The notes below the pieces were generated by a model, which worked only from the letters and a program-made list of their open reading frames with translations, was not told where the DNA came from and made no database searches. This document shows, piece by piece, positions 62,917 to 64,000 of a stretch of DNA of 64,000 nt; within the stretch, counting starts at the first letter, position 1; each line of letters starts with the position of its first letter. A program made the position numbers and the translations under genes. Location: assembly GCA_002269645.1 (NCBI GenBank), contig NIVC01001472.1:182205-246204 (forward strand), given 5' to 3'. The DNA is from Macrostomum lignano. Its lineage: Eukaryota.

Positions 62917-63149
62917 GCTGCTGGCCACGCCAACCTCATCAAGCTGCTGGGCCTGCACCACACGCCCGGCCACCCAATGTCCGGCTACTGCCTCATCACC
63001 GAGCACATCAACTGCGGCAGTTTGCGTCAATTCCTGCACAAGCAGGGCGAACGGCTGCTGAGAGACTGGGAAATCCTAATCAGCTTCGGCGGCCAGGTGG
63101 CCAACGCCTCCGCCTACCTGCACAGAAAGGCGTCGTGCACAACGAGCTG
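62917..63149 (+). CDS. SH2-kinase-fold gene, kinase subdomains IV-VIb (GHANLIKLLGL...LITEHINCGSLRQFL...QVANASAYLHRK/GVVHNEL), with two apparent 1-bp deletions
   Basis: CTAAC...CCAAAG acceptor; tyrosine-kinase-like motifs; frame needs +1 base near 62923 and near 63129. Confidence 0.8.
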
Positions 63150-63244
63150 GTGAATTGCAGCTATTGTATTGTTTGCTCCCATCAGTGCCAAGCTAAGCAC
63201 TAATCTGCACTTAGTGACCCTTAATGAGTTGTCCCCTCGTCTGA

Positions 63245-63875
63245 GCTATGACTTTCTGAGCTATGACCTCATATAAGCTATGATTCACTTCCTTTGAATA
63301 ATAATATTCTGATTATGACCTAATCTATGCCCCTCTAATCTATGACCCTCTGATCTATGACCCTCTGATCTATGACCCTCTAATTTATAATCCTCTAATC
63401 TATGACCCTCTAATCTATGCCCCTCTAATCTATGACCCTCTAATCTACGACCCTCTGATCTACGACCCTCTGATCTATGACCCTCTAATCTACGACCCTC
63501 TGATCTACGACCCTCTGATCTACGACCCTCTGATCTATGACCCTCTATCTTTGACCCTCTAGTCTATGACCCTCTAATTTATAATCCTCTAATCTATGAC
63601 CCTCTATCTTTGACCCTCTAATCTATGACCCTCTAATTTATAATCCTCTAATTTATAATCCTCTAATCTATGACCCTCTAATCTATGACACTCTAATCTA
63701 TGACACTCTAATCTATGACACTCTAATCTATGACACTCTAACCTATGACTTTCTAATCTTTGACCCTCTAATCTATGACCCTCTAATCTATGACCCTCTG
63801 ATCCATAACCCTTCGGACTTTGACCCTCTTAACTATGACCCTTGATTTATGACCCTGATCTTTGACCGTCTCTGA
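63245..63875. repeat. 15-bp minisatellite (CTATGACCCTCTAAT), ~40 copies
   Basis: Direct tandem periodicity. Confidence 0.93.
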
Positions 63876-64000
63876 AATGACCCAATGAGCAGTTTCTGAT
63901 TCTGATTCTGACCTCATTTTGACAAAATTAGAACTCAAAATAAAATATGATATGACAATGATTGAAGGAAAGCATTTAGTTTGACCAGATCTGAATATTT

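Overview
Eukaryotic (metazoan) genomic DNA with spliced genes whose introns are filled with minisatellites. The pattern is compatible with a free-living flatworm such as Macrostomum, but this is unverified inference. Four genes can be assembled by hand from GT-AG sites with consistent phases: (1) the 5' part of a CDON/BOC/ihog-like Ig cell-surface protein (minus, 14376 to <=3710); (2) a complete SINHCAF/FAM60A homolog (minus, 36720-33946); (3) the last two exons of a stathmin-domain (STMND1-like) protein (minus, 40799-39395); (4) part of an SH2 + tyrosine-kinase-fold protein that appears to have lost its catalytic motifs (plus, 51176 to >=63149). The 20-31 kb region is a transposon nest. It holds an intact DD34D mariner, a 9-bp-TSD MULE-like element with an internal MITE, an 8-bp-TSD hAT element with nested inserts, and a fold-back carrying Penelope-type hammerhead remnants. 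The most unusual signal is a ~110-bp module, ending in a ~63-nt piece of 28S rRNA (helix 69-71, the R2/I-PpoI target region), present inside two different DNA-transposon superfamilies plus a third degenerate copy. Also present are three tRNA-derived CORE-like SINEs, a LINE RT fragment, two hAT MITEs and about 22 tandem arrays. The very long ORFs in the ORF track are repeat artefacts. All family assignments are from recalled motifs; no database search was run.
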